From a virus (Duplodnaviria; Caudoviricetes), in IMG/VR virus record IMGVR_UViG_3300022173_000058, positions 1 through 44,878 of that record: a DNA stretch of 44,878 bases. One strand, given 5' to 3'. Under the pieces are notes generated by a model. It made no database searches. It saw nothing but the letters and a program-made list of their open reading frames with translations, and was not told the DNA's origin. A program made the position numbers and the translations under genes. The first letter of the stretch is position 1. Each line of letters opens with the position of its first letter. Shown piece by piece: positions 33,863-42,129 of the stretch.

Positions 33863-33892
33863 AAATATAGACATACAGTGTAGATTTGTCCA
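33863..33892 (-). promoter_or_regulatory. Promoter of the wHTH gene with an overlapping inverted-repeat operator
   Basis: TGGACA-17-TATATT; AAATATAGAC-N5-GTGTAGATTT (8/10 symmetric). Confidence 0.6.
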
Positions 33893-33928
33893 ATATTATT
33901 TTATTTATTTAAGCGTCATATATTTTAC

Positions 33929-34135
33929 CCATAGAATTCACAGAGAGCTTTGGGGATACCCTAGAGAATATCTAACCCAAACTACATCTTTTACAACTAT
34001 TTACATACCGCGCCAATTTGTCACAAACCGTCTGCCATCCTGATAATACGGTCGAAGTCCCCTGTGTATCCCGCTAACTGTGTTTTTGCGCCGCTCTCAA
34101 AGCGCTTGGCTTACGTTATGTGGCGTTACCTATGG
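33929..34135 (-). ncRNA. Putative ~200-nt multibranch structured RNA (or origin element)
   Basis: Nested stems with G-U pairs on the minus strand: CCAUAGG/UCUAUGG, CACAGGGG/UCUCUGUG, GACCGU/ACGGUU, UUUGGG/CCCAAA, GAUAUUC/GGGUAUC. Confidence 0.5.
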
Positions 34136-34213
34136 TTTGCCTGTTATTTTTTAGTGGTGTCAATTGCATTGCGTTTTAACAGTGTCAATGCATTAGCGAA
34201 TGAACTGTTAAGG

Positions 34214-34591
34214 CTATTTAATAGGTTTTGGTTTTTCTAGAAATTTAATTCTTTCTTTTAAGATTTTATTTGTTCTTTCCAATTCATTTACTTTTGCATC
34301 AAATGCCGAAGTATTAAATGCTTCCACATTTTTTAATGCTTGCTCTGCTCCGCCAGATTCAGAAAATTTTACCCATAGCTCAAAGTGGCTAGGGCAATAG
34401 TGTATTTCTTGAGCGACTTCATAAGCATGGGATTGACATAGTGATAGATCGCAAGTCTTTCCATCGCCAACTGGATAATCACAAAGATAACCGCTAACAT
34501 CACTACACTTTTCGGCGGCGCAATGATCACCAAGATCACCACATAAAAATGCATGGCCTCCAGACTTCATAGGTACACGATAACAAGGCAT
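34214..34591 (-). CDS. Cys/His-rich conserved phage protein
   Basis: LCDYPVGDGKTCD..LC..HA......HYCPSH motif. Confidence 0.7.
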   Translation of the reverse strand: MPCYRVPMKSGGHAFLCGDLGDHCAAEKCSDVSGYLCDYPVGDGKTCDLSLCQSHAYEVAQEIHYCPSHFELWVKFSESGGAEQALKNVEAFNTSAFDAKVNELERTNKILKERIKFLEKPKPIK

Positions 34592-35256
34592 TATTTGTCA
34601 CTCCATAACTGGCTAACCCACGCAACACCTTTAGGCGTGAATTTTGCGCTATGAAATGCATGATCGTTTCTTGCGGTGCCGACCTTCATCACAAAGCGGC
34701 CTGAATTGATGTGCTGAGCGTATGGAGTCCACTCACCCCCAAGCATGTACATTATTTGGCTGTCTTGCAGAAATGCGCGGAAATCGTTTTCTTTGATTCT
34801 CAGTAATTTAGCTACTTGGCGAAAGCCCATGTTTCCAGCTGATTGAACGTATTTTTCTACAAACTCAATTGCAGGCTTAGCGGCTTCTAATTGGGCCGCC
34901 TGATTAGCTGCCAACATCAAAGCTTCTGAAAATGATTTCGGTAATTCAAATCCTGGATTTTGCTGATTCTCAAGTTCACGCAAACGCTTAATTATTTTCA
35001 TGCGAATAGGCACGCTATAACCGGCAATTAAACACTCGGTTTCTTCGCGGGTAAGACACATAAAATAATAGGTTTGCTTGTTTTGGGGGTTGGTCCAGTT
35101 TTGGTGACACCCATCAATGCGTTCGTTTGTGTAGTCGAGCTGTTCCATCATGCGAACAGCATCGCGCAAAACGTGCTTGTGTTCTTTACCGATTAGCTCC
35201 GCGATTTCTCGCGTTGACATTGTTGCAGCTTGCTTAATTACAGAAATTGCGGACAT
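34591..35256 (-). CDS. Rha-family / KilAC (ANT) antirepressor-like protein
   Basis: MSTREIAELIGKEHKHVLRD (Rha); LPKSFSEAL, KPAIEF, FRQVAKLL and FTPKG..W (ANT/KilAC). Confidence 0.9.
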   Translation of the reverse strand: MSAISVIKQAATMSTREIAELIGKEHKHVLRDAVRMMEQLDYTNERIDGCHQNWTNPQNKQTYYFMCLTREETECLIAGYSVPIRMKIIKRLRELENQQNPGFELPKSFSEALMLAANQAAQLEAAKPAIEFVEKYVQSAGNMGFRQVAKLLRIKENDFRAFLQDSQIMYMLGGEWTPYAQHINSGRFVMKVGTARNDHAFHSAKFTPKGVAWVSQLWSDK

Positions 35257-35390
35257 AAAAAAACGCCTTTAGTGTAGTCCTTGGTGACAATACCGGAGGG
35301 TACTGGCAAGAAGGATTAGCCATTGTTACGGTAACAAGGACTACACTAAAGGCGTCTATTGTTACCCTCTTTTCCACTTGTCACAGTGGT
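35257..35390 (-). promoter_or_regulatory. Attenuator-type leader: 21-bp perfect terminator stem abutting the ATG, with bipartite anti-terminator sites
   Basis: Inverted repeat 35263-35283/35335-35355 followed by a U-tract and ATG. GUGACAA/UUGUCAC and GAGGGUA/UACCCUC are complementary pairs. Confidence 0.75.
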
Positions 35391-35405
35391 CAAACACACA
35401 TAGCA

Positions 35406-35433
35406 ATTATGGCGCATTAGGCAACAAACGCAA
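35406..35433 (-). promoter_or_regulatory. Putative promoter of the antirepressor operon
   Basis: TTGCGT-16-CATAAT on the minus strand. Confidence 0.5.
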
Positions 35434-35508
35434 GTAATATTTTTAATTCTGTCAGTGCGATATACCACACAATGAAATATTTTGGCGCGGATCACAACTT
35501 GCAGATGT

Positions 35509-35531
35509 AAAAAAAGCCCGTAGTGAGCTTT
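35509..35531 (-). terminator. Intrinsic terminator
   Basis: Minus strand AAAGCTC-ACTAC-GGGCTTT-TTTT. Confidence 0.65.
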
Positions 35532-35569
35532 GGTGTTGATTTACACGCTAATTGCTGGAATGCAAGGGG

Positions 35570-35728
35570 CTAATTAATAATATCTTGCGGTGTTCTATTC
35601 GGTAATATTTGAAGCCTTTGCCATTTAGCGCCAGCAGCAAATATTTCTTTCACAAACTCCTCGTTAACCTCCAAACAGATTTGGCTATCGAGTATGAAAT
35701 CTTCAATTGCATCGTCAATATTTTGCAT
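35570..35728 (-). CDS. 52-aa hypothetical protein (not in the ORF track)
   Basis: MQNIDDAIEDF...FAAGAKWQR; TAATG-coupled. Confidence 0.5.
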   Translation of the reverse strand: MQNIDDAIEDFILDSQICLEVNEEFVKEIFAAGAKWQRLQILPNRTPQDIIN

Positions 35729-35997
35729 TAATCACCCCCACACATAGCAATTAAGCTATTAACCTTAGCTCCAAGCATATCGTATTTTTGATGCTGCATT
35801 TCTGGTACATCCTTAACTACATTTCTTAGCTCAATTAGAGTTGCCAATAACTCTTCGCACATGTCGCGATCATCAAGAGAGTTTCTTCTAGCCATGCCAA
35901 CAACTTCACCACCAAGCAATTCATTATGTATATTTGATGGGAAGTGCAATGGATCTAAATCGTCTTTGTACGAAATTACTATCGTTATATATTTCAT
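35728..35997 (-). CDS. Hypothetical protein
   Basis: Abuts both neighbours. Confidence 0.55.
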   Translation of the reverse strand: MKYITIVISYKDDLDPLHFPSNIHNELLGGEVVGMARRNSLDDRDMCEELLATLIELRNVVKDVPEMQHQKYDMLGAKVNSLIAMCGGD

Positions 35998-36423
35998 CTA
36001 TTTTTGCTCACATTTGGCTATTGCTGTCATAATTAATTCAGGTGTTTTAAGTGCTGAATCATTACTATCTACATCCGGCATGCGTATGTAGCCAAGATCA
36101 ATTCCGTTAGTTATAAATTCATTTGCTTTCTTCAGTGCTGCTAGCAGTTCGTCGCGCTGAGCCTGAAGTGATTCAATTTCAATTCCAGAATCAATGCCGG
36201 CAATAATCATCTTGTTTGACCAGTCGCCAATGTCCCTGCAATTCCCCTCTAATTGTTCGGTTGACAAGCTAGCGCAAGCATTAACGCAAGCAGCGAGGCG
36301 CATAGCGTTTTTTGCAGCATCAGGCCCAAAGCAATCAGCTATAAAAAAGGCATTATTTAGCTGGTCTTTCTGAGAAATAATTCTATCATTCTCTATTACT
36401 ATCCACGGTTCTGGTGTATGCAT
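35998..36423 (-). CDS. HTPGPW-motif phage protein
   Basis: MHTPEPW...NAMRLAACVNAC...QRDELLAALK; start at 36423. Confidence 0.7.
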   Translation of the reverse strand: MHTPEPWIVIENDRIISQKDQLNNAFFIADCFGPDAAKNAMRLAACVNACASLSTEQLEGNCRDIGDWSNKMIIAGIDSGIEIESLQAQRDELLAALKKANEFITNGIDLGYIRMPDVDSNDSALKTPELIMTAIAKCEQK

Positions 36424-36661
36424 CTCGCTTACCTCTGTTAATCGCCAAAATAATGGCATGGGGTGTATTAGGCAATGGGTGTGCCAGTTATTTTGTGATT
36501 GGTTTATTCAGCCCAGCAATCAAATGTTTTGCGTTATCCACGCCAAGCTCAAGAACCATCCAGCCAATTAATGTAGAAACTACAGTTTTCAGCCGTTCAA
36601 TTTCCAATCTTTGAAGTTCTAATTGTTCATTCATCTTCTTTCACCTGTGCTTATAGTGGGG

Positions 36662-36946
36662 TTAAACTAAAGTTGGCAGATATTGAAATTCCATCCCGCC
36701 AGTTTTTGAAACAACTTCATATCTTGTTGCGTAGCCAGAATCGACTAATTTTTTAAGCTGAACACTCGCGTTTTGAACGCTGATATTCAATATATCTGCA
36801 ATGTCAGTAGAGTAAATTGGCGTTGGCAGCTTATGAACAAGCCTTGCAATATCGATCTGGTTATCAGTTAGAATTGATTTACGAACAACATCAGGGCAAT
36901 CAAGCATTAGCTTTCTAAATTTTTTATCTATCATCTCACTCTCCAC
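36662..36946 (-). CDS. Winged HTH DNA-binding protein
   Basis: STDIADILNISVQNASVQLKKLVDSGY. Confidence 0.75.
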   Translation of the reverse strand: MESEMIDKKFRKLMLDCPDVVRKSILTDNQIDIARLVHKLPTPIYSTDIADILNISVQNASVQLKKLVDSGYATRYEVVSKTGGMEFQYLPTLV

Positions 36947-36973
36947 TAGTCTGTTAAGGGGTGTAACTGGTAC

Positions 36974-36988
36974 TTTCCAAAATGGAAA
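36974..36988. promoter_or_regulatory. Intergenic palindrome TTCCA-AAA-TGGAA, copy 2
   Basis: TTTCCAAAATGGAAA. Confidence 0.5.
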
Positions 36989-36994
36989 TAACCA

Positions 36995-37180
36995 CTATTC
37001 GCGATGCTGAGCATCAATGATTTCTATCTCTTCTTTGGCAAGAGGCTTTTTATGATCCTTACACCGCCCTTCAAGACCGCTTTTTACTTTCTCGATTTCG
37101 ATAAATCTATTGCCGCTTTGCTCTATGCAACATTGAGTATGATAGGCAAGATAATATCTACAGGTGCTGCATGTGCTCAT
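36995..37180 (-). CDS. Small Cys-rich protein
   Basis: CSTCRY...C...CKDH motif. Confidence 0.55.
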   Translation of the reverse strand: MSTCSTCRYYLAYHTQCCIEQSGNRFIEIEKVKSGLEGRCKDHKKPLAKEEIEIIDAQHRE

Positions 37181-37819
37181 CTATTTAGCCTCATCACTTG
37201 GCGGAGTAGGGGATAGCATTGCGACCTTGGCCATTGCTTTGTAAATCGTTTTGCATAAATCCCACGGAACATCAACCTCTCTATCTTCCATCTCGCCAGT
37301 CACTTCAAATTCATCGTTAAGCTCAGGCACTTCGATTTTGAAATTAAATTCTCCAATACATTCAGCCTTCATCCGATTAGTTATTTCTGGTTCGCCGCGC
37401 AGTATTGGAATTAAAGCTGTATTGTAAGGCACCTGCTGCGGTGGCACTGGCTCCAGGTAAATTGGCATAACGTGGTTGTAGCCGTATTGCGTTGTTTCTA
37501 CGTGATGTATTGCAGCTGCTTTATCGTCAAAACGCTTGCCTCCACCGTTTGGCCATGGGTTGTGTCGATCATGGCATACCCACTGCACAGGCTTCTGCGT
37601 CTTACATTTATCAAGCTCTGCGCGTAGGGTGGCGAGTTCGGATTCGCATACACTTAATTGATCGCCTATTTTAATTGCAGGAACAAAAATATCTTCCAAC
37701 TCCTTGCGAAGCCGCCTTACATATTCGTTAAGCTGTTCAACGCTAATAACGCCGGTATCAAAAAACTTACTCAATGATACTGTTGCAAAATCTTCCGGTC
37801 TATTCATAACCTTCCCCAA
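37181..37819 (-). CDS. Mosaic hypothetical protein (Ead/Ea22-like architecture)
   Basis: Coiled coil, QKPVQW...PIY module and a C-terminal GEF..V.VPW..K.IY domain. Confidence 0.6.
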   Translation of the reverse strand: MGKVMNRPEDFATVSLSKFFDTGVISVEQLNEYVRRLRKELEDIFVPAIKIGDQLSVCESELATLRAELDKCKTQKPVQWVCHDRHNPWPNGGGKRFDDKAAAIHHVETTQYGYNHVMPIYLEPVPPQQVPYNTALIPILRGEPEITNRMKAECIGEFNFKIEVPELNDEFEVTGEMEDREVDVPWDLCKTIYKAMAKVAMLSPTPPSDEAK

Positions 37820-37827
37820 TTAGTAAA

Positions 37828-38298
37828 TTAAATTCGCTTTAACTCATCAAAAAATGCATTTGCACTATCTCTTTTGGATATTGCATTTTCAAGTCTTGTC
37901 TTGGCGTTATCGCATTCTGTGGCGCATTCAGCCAAAAACACTTCAATTTCTTTGCTGTAATAATCAAGGAAAAATGCCTTGCCTTCATTGTTTAGTATTT
38001 CAAATAAATACAATGGGTTTACGTAATTGTTGTATGGATTATCTAGCTTAGTTTTGTATTGCAAATGATCCAAATATTCAACGCCACCAACTTTACCACC
38101 GCTAACAATAAGGCCATTATCGCCAGTTAGTTGCGTCCATCCAGTGCACTCCCCGAGAAAGCCTTTTGACCTTTCCGTTTCCACGGTAAGGAAGCTTAAA
38201 AACAAATCCATTCTTACTGGGTTTTTGTTCCAGTTTATTTTTATCTTGTCGTAAGAAAGCTTCTTAATAAAGCTATTAGTCATTTCTTCTCTCCACAT
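37828..38298 (-). CDS. Hypothetical protein
   Basis: Intact ORF. Confidence 0.6.
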   Translation of the reverse strand: MWREEMTNSFIKKLSYDKIKINWNKNPVRMDLFLSFLTVETERSKGFLGECTGWTQLTGDNGLIVSGGKVGGVEYLDHLQYKTKLDNPYNNYVNPLYLFEILNNEGKAFFLDYYSKEIEVFLAECATECDNAKTRLENAISKRDSANAFFDELKRI

Positions 38299-38304
38299 AA
38301 TTTA

Positions 38305-38559
38305 TTAAACGTGCGCCAGCTGTGAGACGCATAGATTTATGCCGCGCTTAAGCCTTCCTATCATCGCAGTGTCACGATCAGCAAAGCGGTGATTCTTCGG
38401 CTCAATTACGCATAACGTATCAGCGAAAAATAAGTTAACAGAAGCCTCGGGCTTAATATCAAGACCGCCGATAATGTTACGAACAATAACCATTTTTTCC
38501 TTGCGCACGTCAGCCTGTTGTTGCGCCCAGCGTACTTTTGGATCGTTGATGTCAATCAT
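38305..38559 (-). CDS. Hypothetical protein
   Basis: Start MIDINDP at 38559 avoids overlap with 38561-38878. Confidence 0.55.
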   Translation of the reverse strand: MIDINDPKVRWAQQQADVRKEKMVIVRNIIGGLDIKPEASVNLFFADTLCVIEPKNHRFADRDTAMIGRLKRGINLCVSQLAHV

Positions 38560-38560
38560 G

Positions 38561-38878
38561 TTATTGCTTCCTGTATCCGGCGTCATAAAACATTCTATAA
38601 ATATGAGATGGCTCAGCACGGAAATTACCTTTTCTGCACAGCGCGCCATTTTCCATATACAAACAGACATCTTCCTCCATTTGAGCGATGCCAATATCGC
38701 GCTCTGATCTGATTGGGCGGAATTTAATATCGTCAATTTGATAAGCGGCTTCAAATCTGCCAGTGCGAACTACCACGGTTTTTTCGCTAATGAAAAGTAT
38801 TGTTAATCGCTCAAAGGCAAACCCACTCGGAGCACCTTCGCAAACTTCGCCAACCTTAGGCTTATATTCTTCAGTCAT
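38561..38878 (-). CDS. Hypothetical protein (PKVGEVCE...FRPIRSE...YDAGYRK family)
   Basis: Recurrent phage motif. Confidence 0.65.
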   Translation of the reverse strand: MTEEYKPKVGEVCEGAPSGFAFERLTILFISEKTVVVRTGRFEAAYQIDDIKFRPIRSERDIGIAQMEEDVCLYMENGALCRKGNFRAEPSHIYRMFYDAGYRKQ

Positions 38879-38880
38879 GA

Positions 38881-39129
38881 TTAATTACTCGTAAATTGTG
38901 CGTGAAGATTAATTGCGTTTTCGTGATCCACCAAAGCTTTCCAGTAGTCATTGCTGGCACTATTTAGACCGGCTCTTATTCCGGTGTCGTGGAAGCGCTT
39001 TAGTGCGATTGAATAAGCAAGCTGTTTGTCCATAAGCTCAACTCTGGATGCCTTAACCTCAGCCAAGCAGTGCTGCTTAGACTGATGTATGTGCGCGCTT
39101 GTCATTCCGGTGAATAGGTTTGTGTTCAT
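38881..39129 (-). CDS. Hypothetical protein
   Basis: Coupled ORF. Confidence 0.55.
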   Translation of the reverse strand: MNTNLFTGMTSAHIHQSKQHCLAEVKASRVELMDKQLAYSIALKRFHDTGIRAGLNSASNDYWKALVDHENAINLHAQFTSN

Positions 39130-39500
39130 GATTTTTCTTCCTCAACAATTGTTACATCTTGTGAGAATTGCGTTTTTATCCACGAAAATCGAGAGATATG
39201 ATTTTCGCCATGGGTTTCGGCTATGCAAAGCATCGGCTTATTGAACTCCTGCGAATAATCACAACGCAAGCCGCCGAATCGCATAGACAGCTCTGTCCAG
39301 CGCTGATTGTTGTTTTCTTCGTGCGATAGTTTAATAAACTTAAGTGCAAGACCAAAAACATAATCACACTCAACAGAAAATAAGGCGTCACAACTAAGGT
39401 CATCGCCAAGGCCAAATTTGCATCGCAGCACATCGTTTATCTTTATTTCCTTGCCATTCTGATCGCATATGCCAATAGGCAAGCTATCGTTAATCTTCAT
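39126..39500 (-). CDS. YopX-like protein
   Basis: IGICDQNGKEIKINDVL resembles the YopX TGLKDKNGKEIYEGDI motif. Confidence 0.6.
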   Translation of the reverse strand: MKINDSLPIGICDQNGKEIKINDVLRCKFGLGDDLSCDALFSVECDYVFGLALKFIKLSHEENNNQRWTELSMRFGGLRCDYSQEFNKPMLCIAETHGENHISRFSWIKTQFSQDVTIVEEEKS

Positions 39501-39670
39501 GAATTCACCCCCATTTCAATAGTTACATTATTTATAGCAACTTCGATTAACTTGGACTTGCTCAAAGGAATGTTTTTGTCCTTCTTGCGAAGCTTGTTAA
39601 CCGCCTTAAGCTTTTCGTCTGCCAGCTCACCGGCTTTCTTGCTTGTTCGGATGTTCACTGTATTGGCCAT
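39497..39670 (-). CDS. Ribbon-helix-helix (Arc-like) regulator
   Basis: MANTVNIRTSKKA (beta) - helix - LSKSKLIEVAI; first gene of the leftward arm; start at 39670. Confidence 0.6.
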   Translation of the reverse strand: MANTVNIRTSKKAGELADEKLKAVNKLRKKDKNIPLSKSKLIEVAINNVTIEMGVNS

Positions 39671-39699
39671 AAGGTTTCTCTCTTGATTGATTTGATGTA

Positions 39700-39766
39700 A
39701 TGCTAACACCAAAATAATGTTAGCGCAACTGTTGACACGCTAACACAATGAGACTAATCTGTTAAT
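39700..39766. promoter_or_regulatory. Divergent early promoters with GCTAACA operator boxes
   Basis: Plus: TTGACA(39732)-17-TAATCT. Minus: TTGCGC(39728)-17-TAGCAT. GCTAACA at 39702 and 39739, TGTTAGC at 39718. Confidence 0.75.
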
Positions 39767-39878
39767 AACAAACACGCAGGGGAATCGAAATGTCTAAGTT
39801 AACCCAGGAAATAAACCAAGCAGTTAAAGACCGTGCGGCCGTGTTATATGCAGCGCACAAAGCTAAGAAGGTCGCGAA

Positions 39879-40262
39879 ATGATGCACCCTGATTTCATCA
39901 AAGACGACGAACGTTTTAGCGATAGAGAAACTACTGATCGCGAAGATTATTTATTATTTAACGAGGAAAATGTTATGAAAGAACCAAAAATGATAACTAA
40001 AACAATGTATGTTCATGCGCACGCGTCATGCTCGAAAGATGATGACGGAATCAGGCTACACAGTTGTGACATGTCTAGTGCTGGCTATGCGTTTCTTGGA
40101 GAGGTTGAGGTTACATTCCCAATGCCAGACAAAGACCCTGTTACAGCGCAAGTCGAATCGCTAGAAAGCTGCATTCAAAGCCTTCAGGCAGATACGCACG
40201 CAAAAGTCACAGCAATGAAAGAAAAAATTCAATCCTTATTGGCAATCGGCCACCAAGTTTAA
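39879..40262 (+). CDS. Hypothetical protein
   Basis: Intact ORF; the true start may be the internal MKEPK after GAGG. Confidence 0.6.
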   Translation: MMHPDFIKDDERFSDRETTDREDYLLFNEENVMKEPKMITKTMYVHAHASCSKDDDGIRLHSCDMSSAGYAFLGEVEVTFPMPDKDPVTAQVESLESCIQSLQADTHAKVTAMKEKIQSLLAIGHQV

Positions 40263-40291
40263 TCGCACTTAAGATAGATGAGGATGAGTAA

Positions 40292-40459
40292 ATGGCTTTA
40301 TATTTCGTGATGGTTATGGCTTTCTGGATAGTATTATTATTAATTCAAAACTTTAAACTTAATTTCAGGTGCGCTTATTTCAGGCAGAAATTAATAAATC
40401 GCAATGTTGATGTATCGCACGTTGATTCAATGACAATAATAGATATTATTAAAAGTTAA
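40292..40459 (+). CDS. 55-aa single-TM protein (not in the ORF track)
   Basis: MALYFVMVMAFWIVLLLIQNFK...; GAGG upstream. Confidence 0.45.
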   Translation: MALYFVMVMAFWIVLLLIQNFKLNFRCAYFRQKLINRNVDVSHVDSMTIIDIIKS

Positions 40460-40477
40460 TTTATAGGGGTAGAGTAA

Positions 40478-40624
40478 ATGAAAGATTACTTTCAATACGA
40501 AATGGGTAAGCGTGATTGCATTGAAGGTAATCCGGTCAAGGTAGGCATGGGCGATAAATATTACGAAGGATATAGCGATCAGTACGCTAAAGAACAACAA
40601 CAATCTCAAAGGGGATTTAATTAA
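40478..40624 (+). CDS. 48-aa hypothetical protein (not in the ORF track)
   Basis: MKDYFQYEMGKRDCIEGNPVKVGMGDKYYEGYSDQYAKEQQQSQRGFN; abuts the annealase start. Confidence 0.55.
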   Translation: MKDYFQYEMGKRDCIEGNPVKVGMGDKYYEGYSDQYAKEQQQSQRGFN

Positions 40625-41317
40625 ATGAAAGAGAATTTAGCATTACTTAGGGCGGCATTCCCCGATCATCATATTAGCAAATTGCCAAAGCCAACAAAGA
40701 AACAAACGGATGACGTTAAGGCTGATTATAAAGCTGGTATTCGCTGCACGGTTTGTGGTGGCTGGCACCACAAAGACGTCATTCATCTTGACTACGTTGG
40801 CCATGCTGCGCTGACTGATAGGCTGCTAACTGTTGATCCAGAATGGAACTGGGAGCCGCTAGCTGTAGGCGCTGACGGCTACCCTGTAATAGATCGCGAT
40901 GGCGGCATGTGGATAAAGCTAACCATTTGCGGGGTAACTCGTCTTGGTTACGGCGATGCACAGGGGAAGACTGGCGGCGATGCAATGAAAGAACGCATAG
41001 GCGACGCTCTCAGGAACGCAGGAATGCGATTTGGCGCAGCGCTGGACCTTTGGCATAAAGGCGATTTGCATTTGCCAGAAAGCGACTTAACCGAACCTGT
41101 TAAGAATGCTCAGCCATGCGAACCTGAAATAGCACTAGTTAACGCTACTGACATTTCCGCTATTCGCACTGCATTAGTCGCACGCGGAACTGATGAGTCT
41201 AAATTCTGTGAGCATTACAAAGTAGCTTCAATTGATTTATTACCTAAAAACTGGGTTGTCGGAATATTGGCAGCCTTAAACAAAAAACCAACACCATCAC
41301 AGGCTGTTCAACAATGA
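40625..41317 (+). CDS. Sak/Rad52-like single-strand annealing protein
   Basis: LDYVGHA..TDRL..VDP.W, LTICGVTR.GYG and K..IGDALRNAGMRFG.ALDLW motifs. Confidence 0.85.
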   Translation: MKENLALLRAAFPDHHISKLPKPTKKQTDDVKADYKAGIRCTVCGGWHHKDVIHLDYVGHAALTDRLLTVDPEWNWEPLAVGADGYPVIDRDGGMWIKLTICGVTRLGYGDAQGKTGGDAMKERIGDALRNAGMRFGAALDLWHKGDLHLPESDLTEPVKNAQPCEPEIALVNATDISAIRTALVARGTDESKFCEHYKVASIDLLPKNWVVGILAALNKKPTPSQAVQQ

Positions 41318-41808
41318 AACTTTACGAAATAGCGAGCGAATACAATCAGCTATTACAAATGGTTGACGATGGTGAATTAACAGCTGAAGACATCAAAGAT
41401 ACGCTCGAAGCAGTAGGTACAGAATTCGATGATAAGGCGCGCAATTGCGTGATGGTTGTTCGTCAACTTCAAAGCGAGAGCGCGGCAATAGAGATTGAAA
41501 TTGGGCGACTTAAAAATCTTCAGAAGAGAGTAGAGAATAACCACGATCGCCTCTTAGATTATATTAAGTTTGGAATGATATCAGTTAACAAAGATAAGTT
41601 GAATTTAGGTATATTTAGTTTAACTTTGCGCAAGCCTACAAAGGCTGTAGAAGTCACTGACGAATCGAAAATTCCAAAATTATATTTTCGTGAAGTGCCA
41701 GCAACAAAAGAAGTCGATAAAGCTTTAATCAAAAAAGCACTTACTGATGGATATAAAATAGAAGGCGCTAAACTTGTCGATGGCAAGCGCGCACTAATGA
41801 TTGATTAG
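41314..41808 (+). CDS. Siphovirus Gp157-family protein
   Basis: MKLYEI, IKDTLE, EI.RL, DESKIP..YF, DKALIK.AL..G..IEGA.L motifs. Confidence 0.85.
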   Translation: MKLYEIASEYNQLLQMVDDGELTAEDIKDTLEAVGTEFDDKARNCVMVVRQLQSESAAIEIEIGRLKNLQKRVENNHDRLLDYIKFGMISVNKDKLNLGIFSLTLRKPTKAVEVTDESKIPKLYFREVPATKEVDKALIKKALTDGYKIEGAKLVDGKRALMID

Positions 41809-41819
41809 TTGGGGGAATT

Positions 41820-42101
41820 ATGGAGCTTCCATCTAACTACGATGAAATGAGCTGGCAAGAGCGTAAAGCGTGCAGAGAACAATATGTTGTTGAGCAGAAA
41901 GGCATTTGTTGCCACTGTAAAAAAGATCTATCAGGAAAGCCAGATAGTAGTGTTTCAAGGCTTTCCGTTAACAGAGCGCTATTCCCTGATAGTTTTTTTA
42001 AGTGGCCGGTTCATTTACACCACTGTCATAAAACAGGAATTACAATAGGCGCCGTTCATAATTACTGCAATGCAGTACTTTGGCAATATCACAACGAGTA
42101 A
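41820..42101 (+). CDS. Recombination endonuclease VII-like HNH nuclease
   Basis: EQKGICCHC and HLHHCHKTG..IG.VHNYCN motifs. Confidence 0.8.
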   Translation: MELPSNYDEMSWQERKACREQYVVEQKGICCHCKKDLSGKPDSSVSRLSVNRALFPDSFFKWPVHLHHCHKTGITIGAVHNYCNAVLWQYHNE

Positions 42102-42129
42102 CTAATTTTTAACTACAGGAATAACTAAC

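Noticed and set aside
33863-33878. SOS (LexA) box at CTGTATGTCTATATTT upstream of the LexA-like gene
   Set aside because: Only the CTGT half matches; the required CAG end is missing.
34158-34188. Promoters from two TTGACA hexamers on the minus strand
   Set aside because: No plausible -10 element at 16-18 nt spacing; treated as part of the direct repeats.
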